From: a virus
Taxonomy: Duplodnaviria > Caudoviricetes
Strand: one strand, 5' to 3'
IMG/VR virus record: IMGVR_UViG_3300044723_001072
Span: 1-30,115 of that record
Length of the DNA: 30,115 nt
Of this stretch, positions 15,697 through 26,200 are shown piece after piece. The notes below the pieces were generated by a model, which was not told where the DNA came from, searched no databases, and saw only the letters and a list, made by a program, of their open reading frames with translations. The stretch's first letter is position 1. Every line of letters begins with the position of its first letter. A program made the translations under genes and the position numbers.

Positions 15697-17624
15697 TGGC
15701 TATACCAATTAAAGCCACGTTAAAAGTATCAAGCAAAGCATTTACTACAGGTATCAAAGTAGCCGGTAAAGCAGTAGGCGGATTAGTTGCAGTAGCCAAA
15801 ATGGCTACATTTGCTATTGTAGGTTTAGGTGCGGCATTTACAGCCTTAGTAGCCAGACAAGCGGCAGTTATAGACAGAATAGGTAAAGTAGCAAAAACAA
15901 CTGGTATTGCGGCAGAAACCTTACAGAAGTTCTCGTTTGCGGCCGAATTAGCAGGTGTCAGTACTGATCAGGCTCAGGTAGCCCTACGTAGATTTAGTAG
16001 AAGATTAGGTGAGGCACAAAAAGGCACAGGTGAACTAGCACCTACATTAAAAAGATTAGGCATTAATTTAAAAGACAGTAGTGGTGAATTTAAGAGTGCA
16101 GAAGATGTACTATTTGATTTAGCAGATGCTATTGCAGACACAGAAGGTTCTAGTGAAAGATTAAGTATTGCCTTCAAGGCGTTCGACAGTGAAGGTGCTG
16201 AGTTAGTATCTGTATTAGCAAACGGATCTGATGCAATGAGAGCCTTGTTTGACGAGGCAGAAAGCCTAGGTGCAGTACTGAGTGGTAGTGCAATACAGGG
16301 TGTAGAAGCATTTAATGATGAATTTAATAAATTACAAACACTTATAAGTGGTATAGCAAATGTATTTGTGGCCTCTCTAGCACCAGCACTTACACAAGTA
16401 ACTGAAGATATAGTTAACTTTCTTAAGGCAACAGCAGAAACAAACGGTGGTTTTGAGAATTTTGGTGAATTCTTAAAAAATGAATTTATAGATTTAATAA
16501 AAGAAATAGTTAAAGTATTTGCAATGTTAGGTAACATATTAATCGATATATCTAACAATATTGTAAGGTTTGGTAGAAAGATAGGCGCTAGTGGTCTACC
16601 TGAATTAACAGAGGATGGTAAAAAAGCAAAAGAACAAATAGACATACTTAAGAAAGTATTAGAAGATGCACCTAATATTAATATATTTACCGGTATGGGG
16701 CCAAACAGAATAGGACAATTTACAAAATTTGTGAAAGAATTAGATACAAGTGTTCCTATATTAAAAGAAGTGCAAAATGCTTATTTACGTTTAATGGCAG
16801 AAATGGCAGGTGCTAGTCCTGAAGCACAACAATCAATGAAAATGTTCTTTGAAGGATTATTTGATGATTTAATACAAGGGGACCTCGCATTATTTGGTGG
16901 TATAAAAGAATTAGAAAAACAAATGAACACTATAGATCCTTTTAATGTAGAAGATATATTAGAATATTTAGAAGGTTTAAAAGATGTTACCACTGAGGTT
17001 GGAAATACAAACGAGCAAGTAGAAGATCAACTTACATTCTTTGAAAAGATTAAGGCTTTATTAGATTTAATGCCTGGTAGGATGCAGGAATTTATAGATG
17101 CAACTATAGATTTTGGACAAATATTTGAAAATGTAGCCGCTAGATTAGGAACACCTATGGAAAGATTACAAAAAACACTGGAAGATGGATTAGTAAAAGG
17201 TGTAGAAGTATTTGAGCAAACATTAACAGATGCAATATTAACAGGTAAAGCAGACTTTACAGCATTAGGTGATCATATAAAGAAAGTACTTGCTCAAGCA
17301 TTAGTACAAAGATTTATAACAGGACCTATATTAGCGGCATTTAAGTTAGCAAGTGGTGGACCAGCAAAAGCAGGACAACCTTATATTGTGGGTGAAGAAG
17401 GACCAGAATTGTTTATTCCAAGGAATTCAGGTACAGTTATACCTAATGATGAAACAATGGGTATAATGGGCGCTAGAGGACAGGGTATGAATGGTGGTAG
17501 CACCACTGTAAATTATAATATACAGGCAGTTGACGCACCTTCGTTTCAGCAACTAGTTGCAAGAGACCCAGAATTTATATTTAACGTAAGCAGAGCAGGT
17601 GCTCGTAGAACACCTGGAGGGTAA
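15696..17624 (+). CDS. Tail tape measure protein
   Basis: 642 aa, Ala/Leu-rich helical, with C-terminal ASGGP..YIVGEEGPELFIP and NYNIQAVDA. Confidence 0.9.
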   Translation: MAIPIKATLKVSSKAFTTGIKVAGKAVGGLVAVAKMATFAIVGLGAAFTALVARQAAVIDRIGKVAKTTGIAAETLQKFSFAAELAGVSTDQAQVALRRFSRRLGEAQKGTGELAPTLKRLGINLKDSSGEFKSAEDVLFDLADAIADTEGSSERLSIAFKAFDSEGAELVSVLANGSDAMRALFDEAESLGAVLSGSAIQGVEAFNDEFNKLQTLISGIANVFVASLAPALTQVTEDIVNFLKATAETNGGFENFGEFLKNEFIDLIKEIVKVFAMLGNILIDISNNIVRFGRKIGASGLPELTEDGKKAKEQIDILKKVLEDAPNINIFTGMGPNRIGQFTKFVKELDTSVPILKEVQNAYLRLMAEMAGASPEAQQSMKMFFEGLFDDLIQGDLALFGGIKELEKQMNTIDPFNVEDILEYLEGLKDVTTEVGNTNEQVEDQLTFFEKIKALLDLMPGRMQEFIDATIDFGQIFENVAARLGTPMERLQKTLEDGLVKGVEVFEQTLTDAILTGKADFTALGDHIKKVLAQALVQRFITGPILAAFKLASGGPAKAGQPYIVGEEGPELFIPRNSGTVIPNDETMGIMGARGQGMNGGSTTVNYNIQAVDAPSFQQLVARDPEFIFNVSRAGARRTPGG

Positions 17625-17627
17625 ACA

Positions 17628-18272
17628 ATGAGCATCCAAAGTCTTATAGATATTGCTAGTGAAATAGAAATAGATAGACGTGAGAATTATGCAGGTATTA
17701 TAAGCAGAAGCGGAAAATACAAAACATCAGATACAAATATAAATGTATTTAGGTTTAACGTATCTCCTTCACAGGGTTTAAAATACAGTGAAAATCAAGC
17801 TCTACTAGTAGATTGTGATCAAACAAATGTGTTATCAACAAGCAATATAAGTCTTAACAATAATGCAGGTATGAATTATCTTACAGCAAATATGAATGGA
17901 CAAACAAACAATGCTATAACAGTAGTAGGTTATAATGGCAGAGACATATACTTAGATACTACTGGCGCAACAGGATCAGGACAGATATTTCAAGCAGGAG
18001 ATTATTTACAGCCTTTAGGTAACACTAACACTTATGCATATCCTTATACAGTAAGGCAAAGTGCACCTTTTAGTGCATCAAGCAGTAATGTGTTAGTACA
18101 ATTACACAGGCCAATATTGGAACAGGACGGCGTAAACATTATAGGCAGTGGATTAAGATTAGGTAATGATGTAAGATTTAATGTAAAATTAGCAAATCCT
18201 GTACGTTATACTGTAAATCCAGGCGATAATTTAGTTATAGATACTATAGAACTTGTGGAGGTAATCACATAA
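17628..18272 (+). CDS. Distal tail (Dit-like) protein, copy 1
   Basis: Directly after the TMP, with FQAGDYLQ motif and C-terminal IELVEVI. Confidence 0.6.
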   Translation: MSIQSLIDIASEIEIDRRENYAGIISRSGKYKTSDTNINVFRFNVSPSQGLKYSENQALLVDCDQTNVLSTSNISLNNNAGMNYLTANMNGQTNNAITVVGYNGRDIYLDTTGATGSGQIFQAGDYLQPLGNTNTYAYPYTVRQSAPFSASSSNVLVQLHRPILEQDGVNIIGSGLRLGNDVRFNVKLANPVRYTVNPGDNLVIDTIELVEVIT

Positions 18273-19009
18273 TGGCAACATCACCAACAGGACTAATGAA
18301 GTTATTAACAAGACCAACTTATGTACAGTTCTATTTAAACAGGACGCCTGCTAAAACAACTTCATTAAGTGGACATTATAAAACAAAAGACAATACTGGA
18401 ATACCGTTTTATACCTTTAAATTTGCAACACATGAGGGATTTCAGTACAGTACAGAAACAGGATTAAGACCTTTTATAGAAGATTTATATGCCAGAACAG
18501 GTACTGAGAACGAAGAAGGAATTGCATTATTTGACGATAATACAAGTACATATGATTTAACAACTTATAATGGTGTTTTAACTCAAACACAACTCACTGC
18601 ATTAAGGGTAATTGATGTAGGAAATAGTTATTCTGTAGGCTTACCGCATCCATACATTGAAGTAAATACAGGAGGAGTTATAGGTTCTCCTAGTGGTTTA
18701 TTGTTTAAAAAAGGAGACTTTATCCAACCTAGAGGTCCTTTTGATACTTACAGATATCCTTATCAGGTTATCCAAGACGTATCATACACAGAAAATGCTA
18801 ATATAGGAGTAATGGTCAATAGACCTATTATATCACAAACAGGTGTAACATTTGGTGGACGTAGTGGTCCTGACTATGATGGTGCCATATTCGCAGGAAA
18901 ACATGTAAGGTTTAGGACAAAAGTAACAAAGTTACCTACATACAGTATTGTACCGCATGACAGAGTCAAATTTAATGGAGATTTTGAGATGATAGAGGTA
19001 ATTCTATAA
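18272..19009 (+). CDS. Distal tail (Dit-like) protein, paralog 2
   Basis: FKKGDFIQP..YRYPYQV..NRPII..FEMIEVIL is collinear with the previous gene. Confidence 0.6.
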   Translation: MATSPTGLMKLLTRPTYVQFYLNRTPAKTTSLSGHYKTKDNTGIPFYTFKFATHEGFQYSTETGLRPFIEDLYARTGTENEEGIALFDDNTSTYDLTTYNGVLTQTQLTALRVIDVGNSYSVGLPHPYIEVNTGGVIGSPSGLLFKKGDFIQPRGPFDTYRYPYQVIQDVSYTENANIGVMVNRPIISQTGVTFGGRSGPDYDGAIFAGKHVRFRTKVTKLPTYSIVPHDRVKFNGDFEMIEVIL

Positions 19010-19668
19010 TGGCTACAACAATAACACCAGTACAAGGTACACACATAAGCAGTTGTCTCTTAATTGAGTTAACATTAGATGCAACAACATACTATATCAG
19101 TAGTGCATATAAGCCTGTCACGTACAACAGCAACACTTATACAGAATTAGGCTCTTTACTACAAGTATCAGACATTGCAGAAGACGTAAGAACAACTAAT
19201 GGTGATATTAGTGTTGTACTTAGTGGTATACCTAGCGAACAAGATTATTTAAGTCTTATACTAAGCAGTAAAATAAAAGGTGGTGAAATAAAAATATACA
19301 GAGCATTTTATGATTTAATCACACACGAAATAGATACATCTGAAGTATATTTAAGATTTAGCGGAGTAATAACTAATTTTGCAATAACAGAAGAATTCAC
19401 ACCAGGCACAGAATTAAGTAATAGTGTTACAATAACGTGTGCAAGTATAAACAGCCTTTTAGAAAACAGAATAAGCGGACAACGAACAAACCCTGACGAC
19501 AGAGCAAGGTTGTTCCCTAATGATGCAGTATTTGACAGAGTACCTGAATTATATAACATATCCTTTGACTTTGGTAAAGAGTATCAATCAGGTGGTGGCG
19601 GATATGGTGGCGGCGGTGGAGGCGGTGGCGGAAACCGTAGACGTTTTAGAGATGCACGAGAAAGATAA
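19009..19668 (+). CDS. Tail tip/baseplate hub protein (gpL-like)
   Basis: Synteny, YLRFSGVITNF..VTITCAS and GQRTN..FPND motifs, and a Gly-rich C-terminal tail. Confidence 0.6.
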   Translation: MATTITPVQGTHISSCLLIELTLDATTYYISSAYKPVTYNSNTYTELGSLLQVSDIAEDVRTTNGDISVVLSGIPSEQDYLSLILSSKIKGGEIKIYRAFYDLITHEIDTSEVYLRFSGVITNFAITEEFTPGTELSNSVTITCASINSLLENRISGQRTNPDDRARLFPNDAVFDRVPELYNISFDFGKEYQSGGGGYGGGGGGGGGNRRRFRDARER

Positions 19669-20123
19669 TGAAAGTCAGAAACGCAAAAATACAAGACTAC
19701 GATGATATAAAGCGGTTGATGATAGACTTTGCTAACTTTAATCCAGTAGAAGATTTACAAAATCCACAATATGATTACAATTATGTAAATCAAGTTATAG
19801 ACCATATCCTTAAAACAGGAATAGCTCTAGTATGTGAGCATAATGGTGTAGTAGTAGGTATGCTATTAGCAACTATACAGGGAGATTTGTGGTTACCACA
19901 TGTTAAACGTATGACAGAAGTAGCATGGTGGGTAGAAGAACGATACAGAGGTACAAGCGCCGGAGCAAGATTACTTAACAGATATATAGCAATAGGCATA
20001 GAAGCAAAAGATAAAGGACACATAAGTTCCTTTACATTAACAACACTAGCAACAACACCTGATTTAAAGTTACAGGACAGAGGCTGGGAAGCAATAGATT
20101 ATAATTGGTGTTATAGAGGATAA
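19668..20123 (+). CDS. GNAT-family acetyltransferase-like protein
   Basis: MKVRNAKIQDYDDI start, VVVGML strand and acetyl-CoA motif A WWVEERYRGTSAGARLL. Confidence 0.8.
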   Translation: MKVRNAKIQDYDDIKRLMIDFANFNPVEDLQNPQYDYNYVNQVIDHILKTGIALVCEHNGVVVGMLLATIQGDLWLPHVKRMTEVAWWVEERYRGTSAGARLLNRYIAIGIEAKDKGHISSFTLTTLATTPDLKLQDRGWEAIDYNWCYRG

Positions 20124-20126
20124 ACA

Positions 20127-22247
20127 ATGGCAGTATTTACATACATAGCAACTACAATCGCAGGTGCATTAGGTGGCGGGTTCTTTGCTACATTGGCAGG
20201 TAGTATTATAGCAGGTGGTATAGCATATGGTACAGCAAGAGCATTAGGTGTATTTGAAGCACCTAAATTAGATAATAATGATCCAGGCACAAGTATTCAG
20301 TTACCCCCAGCAACAGACAACAAATTACCTATATTATATGGCCAAGCATTTACATCAGGACCTATATTTGATGCCGCTATAAGTAATGAAAACCAAACAA
20401 TGACATACTGTATCGCATTGTCAGAAGAAACACAAACAGGTACATTTAGTTGTAGTCAAGTGTTTATGAATGATGTAGAACTTATATTCTCTGGTAATAC
20501 TGTAATAAGTCACAGAGACCCTAACCAAAGTACAGCAACTACATATAATGGTAAAGTCAGAGTTAATATATATCAGGGTGGTAGTGCAGGATCAGATGTT
20601 ATATTCCCAGCATCAGGCACAGGTAGTAGTACAGCCGCAAGTGCTATAGTACCGCATTGGGGAGTAAACCATACAGCAAATGCAATGGTATATGCTGTAT
20701 TACAAATAGATTATGATGCTGAAAACGGATTAACTGGATTACCACAAATGACGTTTAAGATGAATAATAGTCTTAATAATCCAGGGGAAGTATTGCATGA
20801 TTATTTAACATCAGATCGTTATGGTGCAGGTTTAAGTACAGCTCAATTAGATGTAAACACATTTACAGGCACAGCCAACACACAAATGAAAGGATACTGT
20901 AATGAGCTTGTGAGTTATACTAATAACTCAAATGTAAGCACAACAAATGCCAGATATCAAATTAATGGTATGTTAAGTTCATTTAACGCAGTTAGCAATA
21001 ATATAGATGAAATATGTCAGGCAAGTGCTACTTTCTTTACATTTAATCCTAAAAAAGGACAATTTGCCGCAATACCTAACAGAGCATTAAGTACTGCAGA
21101 ATTGACTAATTGTTTAACATACAATGATGATAATATAGTAAGTAAAATAGATATTAGCAGTACAGAACTATATTCTTTATATAATGGTGTTGAGGTATCT
21201 TTTATGGATAACACCAGGAAAGACCAAACAAATACAATTAAAGTTACTACACCTGGAAGTGACAGGAACTCTAATGAACCAGATAATACATTAACATATA
21301 CATTAAATATGATTAATGACAATATAAGAGCAGAAAGATTAGCCAATATTGATCTTAATCAGAGCAGAGTAGGAACAGTTATACAATTTAGTGCAGATTT
21401 TAGTGGTATGCAATCAGATGTGGGAGATGTTATAAAGCTCACTAATAGTCTATATGGATGGACCGATAAGTTATTTAGAATTATGAGAGTAACAGAAGTG
21501 CAAGGGGAATCTGGTATGATTTCAGCACAAATATCAGCATTAGAGTATAGTGCAGATTATTATACCAATCCTGTTAGTGTAGAAACGCCAGAATTAGGAT
21601 TGGTAGATTTGCCCAGATTACCAGTTATAGGGCCTATTTATATACCTGAAATGTATGGAGGCACATACTCTAATGTAAGCGCCTTGCCAGGCGGTGTATT
21701 TGGTAATGTTATAGTAAATGATGTTATGAAAACATTTGGTGCAGGTACTCAGTTAGCAGATAATCCTGCCAACAAAGCATTAGGTAACGCAGATAGTTCT
21801 TTTAATGTACCACCTGCAAACATATTATTATCAGAAGAACTATATGATACAGATGGAGTAAATTTAGGAGATTATGAATTAACTGTGGTAGCACAACCAG
21901 GCGGAACAGCAAGTGGTATTAGTTATAACTATGGGCTCAGAGGCAACGTAGATGTTGTATGGGCAAATGCAACAGCAACACATAATCAGAGTATATCAAC
22001 AAGTATGGAATTTAATAGTATCCCAGACGGTAATCCGCCTACAAGTATAGGTTTAGCAAAAAAAATGACACTGACAAGAGATGGTGCTACCGGTGAAGGT
22101 AATCCACCTTTAGCAGATGATTACTTCCCTGCAAATGCCACAATTAAATTAGAAGGTTATAATGATTTAGATACAACTCCTGCAACAAGACAAATTGGTA
22201 ATATGGGATATCAGTTCTTAAGAGTTACAAAAGGTGAGAAAGAATAA
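20127..22247 (+). CDS. Tail tip attachment / central fibre protein (gpJ-like)
   Basis: 706 aa with hydrophobic N-terminus, LPILYG, NNPGEVLHDYLTSDRYGAG and VGDVIKL..GWTDKLFRI. Confidence 0.8.
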   Translation: MAVFTYIATTIAGALGGGFFATLAGSIIAGGIAYGTARALGVFEAPKLDNNDPGTSIQLPPATDNKLPILYGQAFTSGPIFDAAISNENQTMTYCIALSEETQTGTFSCSQVFMNDVELIFSGNTVISHRDPNQSTATTYNGKVRVNIYQGGSAGSDVIFPASGTGSSTAASAIVPHWGVNHTANAMVYAVLQIDYDAENGLTGLPQMTFKMNNSLNNPGEVLHDYLTSDRYGAGLSTAQLDVNTFTGTANTQMKGYCNELVSYTNNSNVSTTNARYQINGMLSSFNAVSNNIDEICQASATFFTFNPKKGQFAAIPNRALSTAELTNCLTYNDDNIVSKIDISSTELYSLYNGVEVSFMDNTRKDQTNTIKVTTPGSDRNSNEPDNTLTYTLNMINDNIRAERLANIDLNQSRVGTVIQFSADFSGMQSDVGDVIKLTNSLYGWTDKLFRIMRVTEVQGESGMISAQISALEYSADYYTNPVSVETPELGLVDLPRLPVIGPIYIPEMYGGTYSNVSALPGGVFGNVIVNDVMKTFGAGTQLADNPANKALGNADSSFNVPPANILLSEELYDTDGVNLGDYELTVVAQPGGTASGISYNYGLRGNVDVVWANATATHNQSISTSMEFNSIPDGNPPTSIGLAKKMTLTRDGATGEGNPPLADDYFPANATIKLEGYNDLDTTPATRQIGNMGYQFLRVTKGEKE

Positions 22248-22633
22248 TGTATAGAACCGTATACGAAAAAGCAACAGGTAGAATAATAATTTGCAGAACT
22301 ATGAGCGACGAATTACTTGCTGAAAGATTATCAAGAAATACAGATCAGGGTGCTTTAAATGTATTTACAGAAGATGTAAATAATTTTAAAGTAGATTTAG
22401 ATACATTAACAATAGTTGCAAACCCTATAACTGAAGATTTAAATCACTGGTTAAGAACCAAACGCAAAGCAGATTTAATGAGTTGCGATTGGACACAAAC
22501 AACAGATGCACCTCTCACAGATAGTAAAAAAGCCGAATGGGCTACATATAGACAACAATTAAGAGATATGCCAGAGACATATCCAGATGTCACAGATAAA
22601 AATAATGTAACCTGGCCTAATAAACCTTCTTAA
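22247..22633 (+). CDS. Tail fibre assembly chaperone-like protein
   Basis: LRTKRKADLMSCDWTQTTDAPL..WATYRQQLRDMP..WPNKP. Confidence 0.8.
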   Translation: MYRTVYEKATGRIIICRTMSDELLAERLSRNTDQGALNVFTEDVNNFKVDLDTLTIVANPITEDLNHWLRTKRKADLMSCDWTQTTDAPLTDSKKAEWATYRQQLRDMPETYPDVTDKNNVTWPNKPS

Positions 22634-22642
22634 AAATTGTAG

Positions 22643-22656
22643 AAAAGGATAAATAG
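22643..22656 (+). promoter_or_regulatory. AAAAGGATAAATAG putative late promoter (fibre module)
   Basis: Third identical 14-mer, followed by hairpin TATATGCG-AACA-CGCATATA (22673-22692). Confidence 0.75.
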
Positions 22657-22718
22657 TAGTACAAATTAAGGTTATATGCGAACACGCATATATCAAGTTC
22701 CTATAGGAGACGAGCATC

Positions 22719-23225
22719 ATGAGTGGAAGACTACTATCATTCTCAAATTACGTGGGTGGGGCAGATAACGTACAAGTTATCGAATTATTCCCATCAACTC
22801 AGCAAACATTTACATACAATTTTAATACTAGTATAAGCAGTTATACATTTGCGGCAGATTATCAAACAATCATAGTTGACACTATGACATATAATACAAC
22901 AGATGGGCAACCTAACTTTACAACAAGTGCTGTATTAGGAAGTTATGCGAATGCAGAAGTAGACGCCGCAAATATTAATGTTGTTGATGCTAGTCTAGGT
23001 ACTGTTAATTTAACAATTCCTGCTCAAAGATATACAGGTAATATTATACCAGATGCTCGAACAAATGTACCAATCACGGTATTGTCTTTTAAATGGACCA
23101 ATACAACACCTACACCTAATACAACAGAATCGCATAGATGGGCTATAATAGAACGATACGAACCAGATGTAGTTATAGGTGATCCAATATTAGGCGCAGG
23201 ATTTACAGCAATACCAACTTCATAG
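22719..23225 (+). CDS. Beta-rich virion protein, probable fibre adaptor
   Basis: 168 aa, with INVVDASLGTVNLTI resembling baseplate upper/adaptor proteins. It precedes the fibre gene. Confidence 0.55.
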   Translation: MSGRLLSFSNYVGGADNVQVIELFPSTQQTFTYNFNTSISSYTFAADYQTIIVDTMTYNTTDGQPNFTTSAVLGSYANAEVDAANINVVDASLGTVNLTIPAQRYTGNIIPDARTNVPITVLSFKWTNTTPTPNTTESHRWAIIERYEPDVVIGDPILGAGFTAIPTS

Positions 23226-23234
23226 GGGACTAAA

Positions 23235-26200
23235 ATGGCATTAAGCAATATCACAGTCACCTCAACAGAAGCAAACGTACAGGTTGACATAACAAATACT
23301 ACTGTAACAGTAGGACAAACAATAAGCAATGTAAATGTAGGCGTAGCGGCATTTGTCAGTAATGCAGAAATAAGAAACGCTATAACATTTACCAATACAT
23401 ATGCTAGTAGCGGTTTAGATTATAACCAAAGCAATGGTGTTATAACATATAATTTAAGACCTAGCCTAGGTATAGATTTGCCTACTACAGGTGCTGCTTC
23501 TGATCAAGGAAATATAAGTGTAGACTTCTCCCCTGATTTATTCGTTGAATCTAATACAAGTCCAGGCACTATGAGTGTTTACACCACAGCAAGGGGTACT
23601 CAACTTGGCGATACTATTACTAGTTCGATTCCTGAAGGCACAACTACAAGAAATAGTAATGCATTCGTAGTAACAAATAGTCTAGGTAACGCTAATATCG
23701 TAGGTAATTTATTTGTTCAAGATGGTGGAATAGGTACAGAATATAATACTAGAAGTAATTTTGAAGGTGACCTTAATTTAATATATGAACCTGGCACGCA
23801 AAGCACAGCCCGTTTTAGAATTGGTAAACACGTAGAACAAGCTCATAATCCTACTTATGCCGCAGATTGGGGTATTTCTATACCTCCTGCTAATACTAGC
23901 TTTGGTACTGGAACAGTTGCTATGGTTGTTGATGGTGGTAATTTAATACTTAATGATTCTATTCTTGAATTGACAGGCTCTGGACATATTGATACACCTT
24001 CTATAACTACTAGTACTATATACTCTAATAACTATTATGCAAATAGTGGTAATATAGAGATGTTCTCTAATGTAGATGTAAGGGCTCCTAAAAATGTAGT
24101 TCTAAATGAGGGTAATTTAACAGTAGGAGGCACAGGCACACCAGGATTAGATAAGGGTGGTAATATCTCAGCTAAAAATATTTTAGTTGAGCAAACAACA
24201 ATGGCAAACGGTGAGCTGAGAGCAGGTAATGTTAGTGCTAATGTAGTTATAGCCAATTATTTATTTGGTGATGGTAGTAATGTTACAGGTCTCAGTACAT
24301 TAACAAATACTCAAGCACAGACATTTATACAAGACAACGGACTAAACGGTAGTGGTGATATCACTATGACTGGTTTAGCACAATTTGGTAATAGTGCTAC
24401 ACAAACCCATACATTTACAGGTAACGTTGACGTCACAGGAAACATAGAAGTATCAGGTAACTTAAATTATCGCAATGTAGAAGATTTATATGTAAGAGAT
24501 CAGAGTATAACACTGAATGCTAATGCGGCAACAGATGCCACAGTACAAATTATAGCAAACAGACCAGTAGCAGGTGCTAATACTGTATTGCGTTGGAATG
24601 AAACAGATGATAAATGGCAATTTACAAATGATGGTAGCACATATCAGGATCTTATAGGGTACACAAATTTAAGTGTAACACAGGCCAGTGCCAGTGGTGC
24701 AGGAACATTAGCATATAACAACACATCAGGTGTGTTTACATATACACCACCTGATTTAACAGCATTTGGTTTAACCAACGCCCAAGCACAGGCATTTATA
24801 GAAGCAAATGGCTTAGATGCTACAGCAAATATATCTACCACAGCATTCTTTGAAGGTGATCTAAATGGTGCTGTAACAATTGATGTTTACAACAATACCG
24901 GAGCACAATTAAACAAAGGTGATGCAGTATACCTAACAGGTGGTAATACAGGAGATAATCCAAATGTTGCACTGGCAGATGCTGATGATGTCACAAAAAT
25001 GCCAGCAATAGGTATAGTCAGAGAAAACATAGCCGATACCGCAGTAGGACAAGTAGTTACTTCAGGTGAAATAAATTATAGTTCACACGGATTTACACTA
25101 GGCGCAGACTTGTTTATAGGCACAACAGCAGGTGCTTTAACAGAAACAGCACCCACAGGTGAAAGTGGCCTTATACAAAAAATAGGTAAAGTAGTAAGTT
25201 CAAATCATATATTAGTTCAGGGTGCATTTAGAACAAATGCTACACCTAACCTGGACGAAAACAATATCTTTATAGGTAATGCGGCTAACAGAGCCTCAAC
25301 AGTAGCATTAGATAACCTAACAGCAAACATAAAAACAACAGGTAATTTACAAGTTAATCCAGATACCGTAGTAGGCGGATTAAAAGGTTTAACATTTGAC
25401 AGTAGCACTAACAGATTGGGATTAGGAACAACTACACCAAGTGCAGGATTACATATATTCAGTAATAGCGATTTTGATGCACAGGTATACCTGGAAGAAT
25501 ATGTAGAATCTTATGCTGGTCCTGACTTTAGGTTCTTTAAGGCCAGAGGAACTAGTTCCTCAGCAAATGTTGTTCAGGCAGGCGACAGACTGGCAGACTA
25601 TAAACCTTATGGCCATACAGGTAATGTATCTGCACCTTTCTCTTATAACGGATTTATCAACACATTATCAATGGTAACAGCAGTAGATAGCACTAGTGTC
25701 CCTAATGACACCACTATGCCAACATTATATAGTTGGGAAGGATACAAAGACGGAGATTATTCAGGAGGCACAGGCTATAATAGCCTTATGAAGTTAAGAG
25801 CAAATGGTGACTTCCAGATAGGTAACCTAGGATTAGGTAGTTCAAATACAGCACCTAATTTTGCAGTAACAAACAGCGGAGTAGTAGATGCCGTAGGTAA
25901 TATTACTACAACAGCAAACATAAGCGGTAACTATATTTTAGGTAATGCAAGAGCAACTACAGGTATTATAACAACAAATGTTGCAGAAGGAACAAACCTA
26001 TATTATACAGATGCTAGAAGCAGAGCGGCAGTAAGTGTAACACAGGCAAGTGCAAGTGGATCAGGCACATTAAGTTATGATAATGGCACAGGCGTGTTTA
26101 CATATACACCACCAGATATAGCCGCAGGTGGTATTTCTAATGCCCAAGCACAGGCATTTATACAAAGCAGTGGTTTAACAATGACTGCCGACATCACTAG

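Noticed and set aside
19591-19632. GGT/GGC microsatellite as a contingency locus
   Set aside because: It uses mixed Gly codons and is explained by a poly-Gly protein linker.
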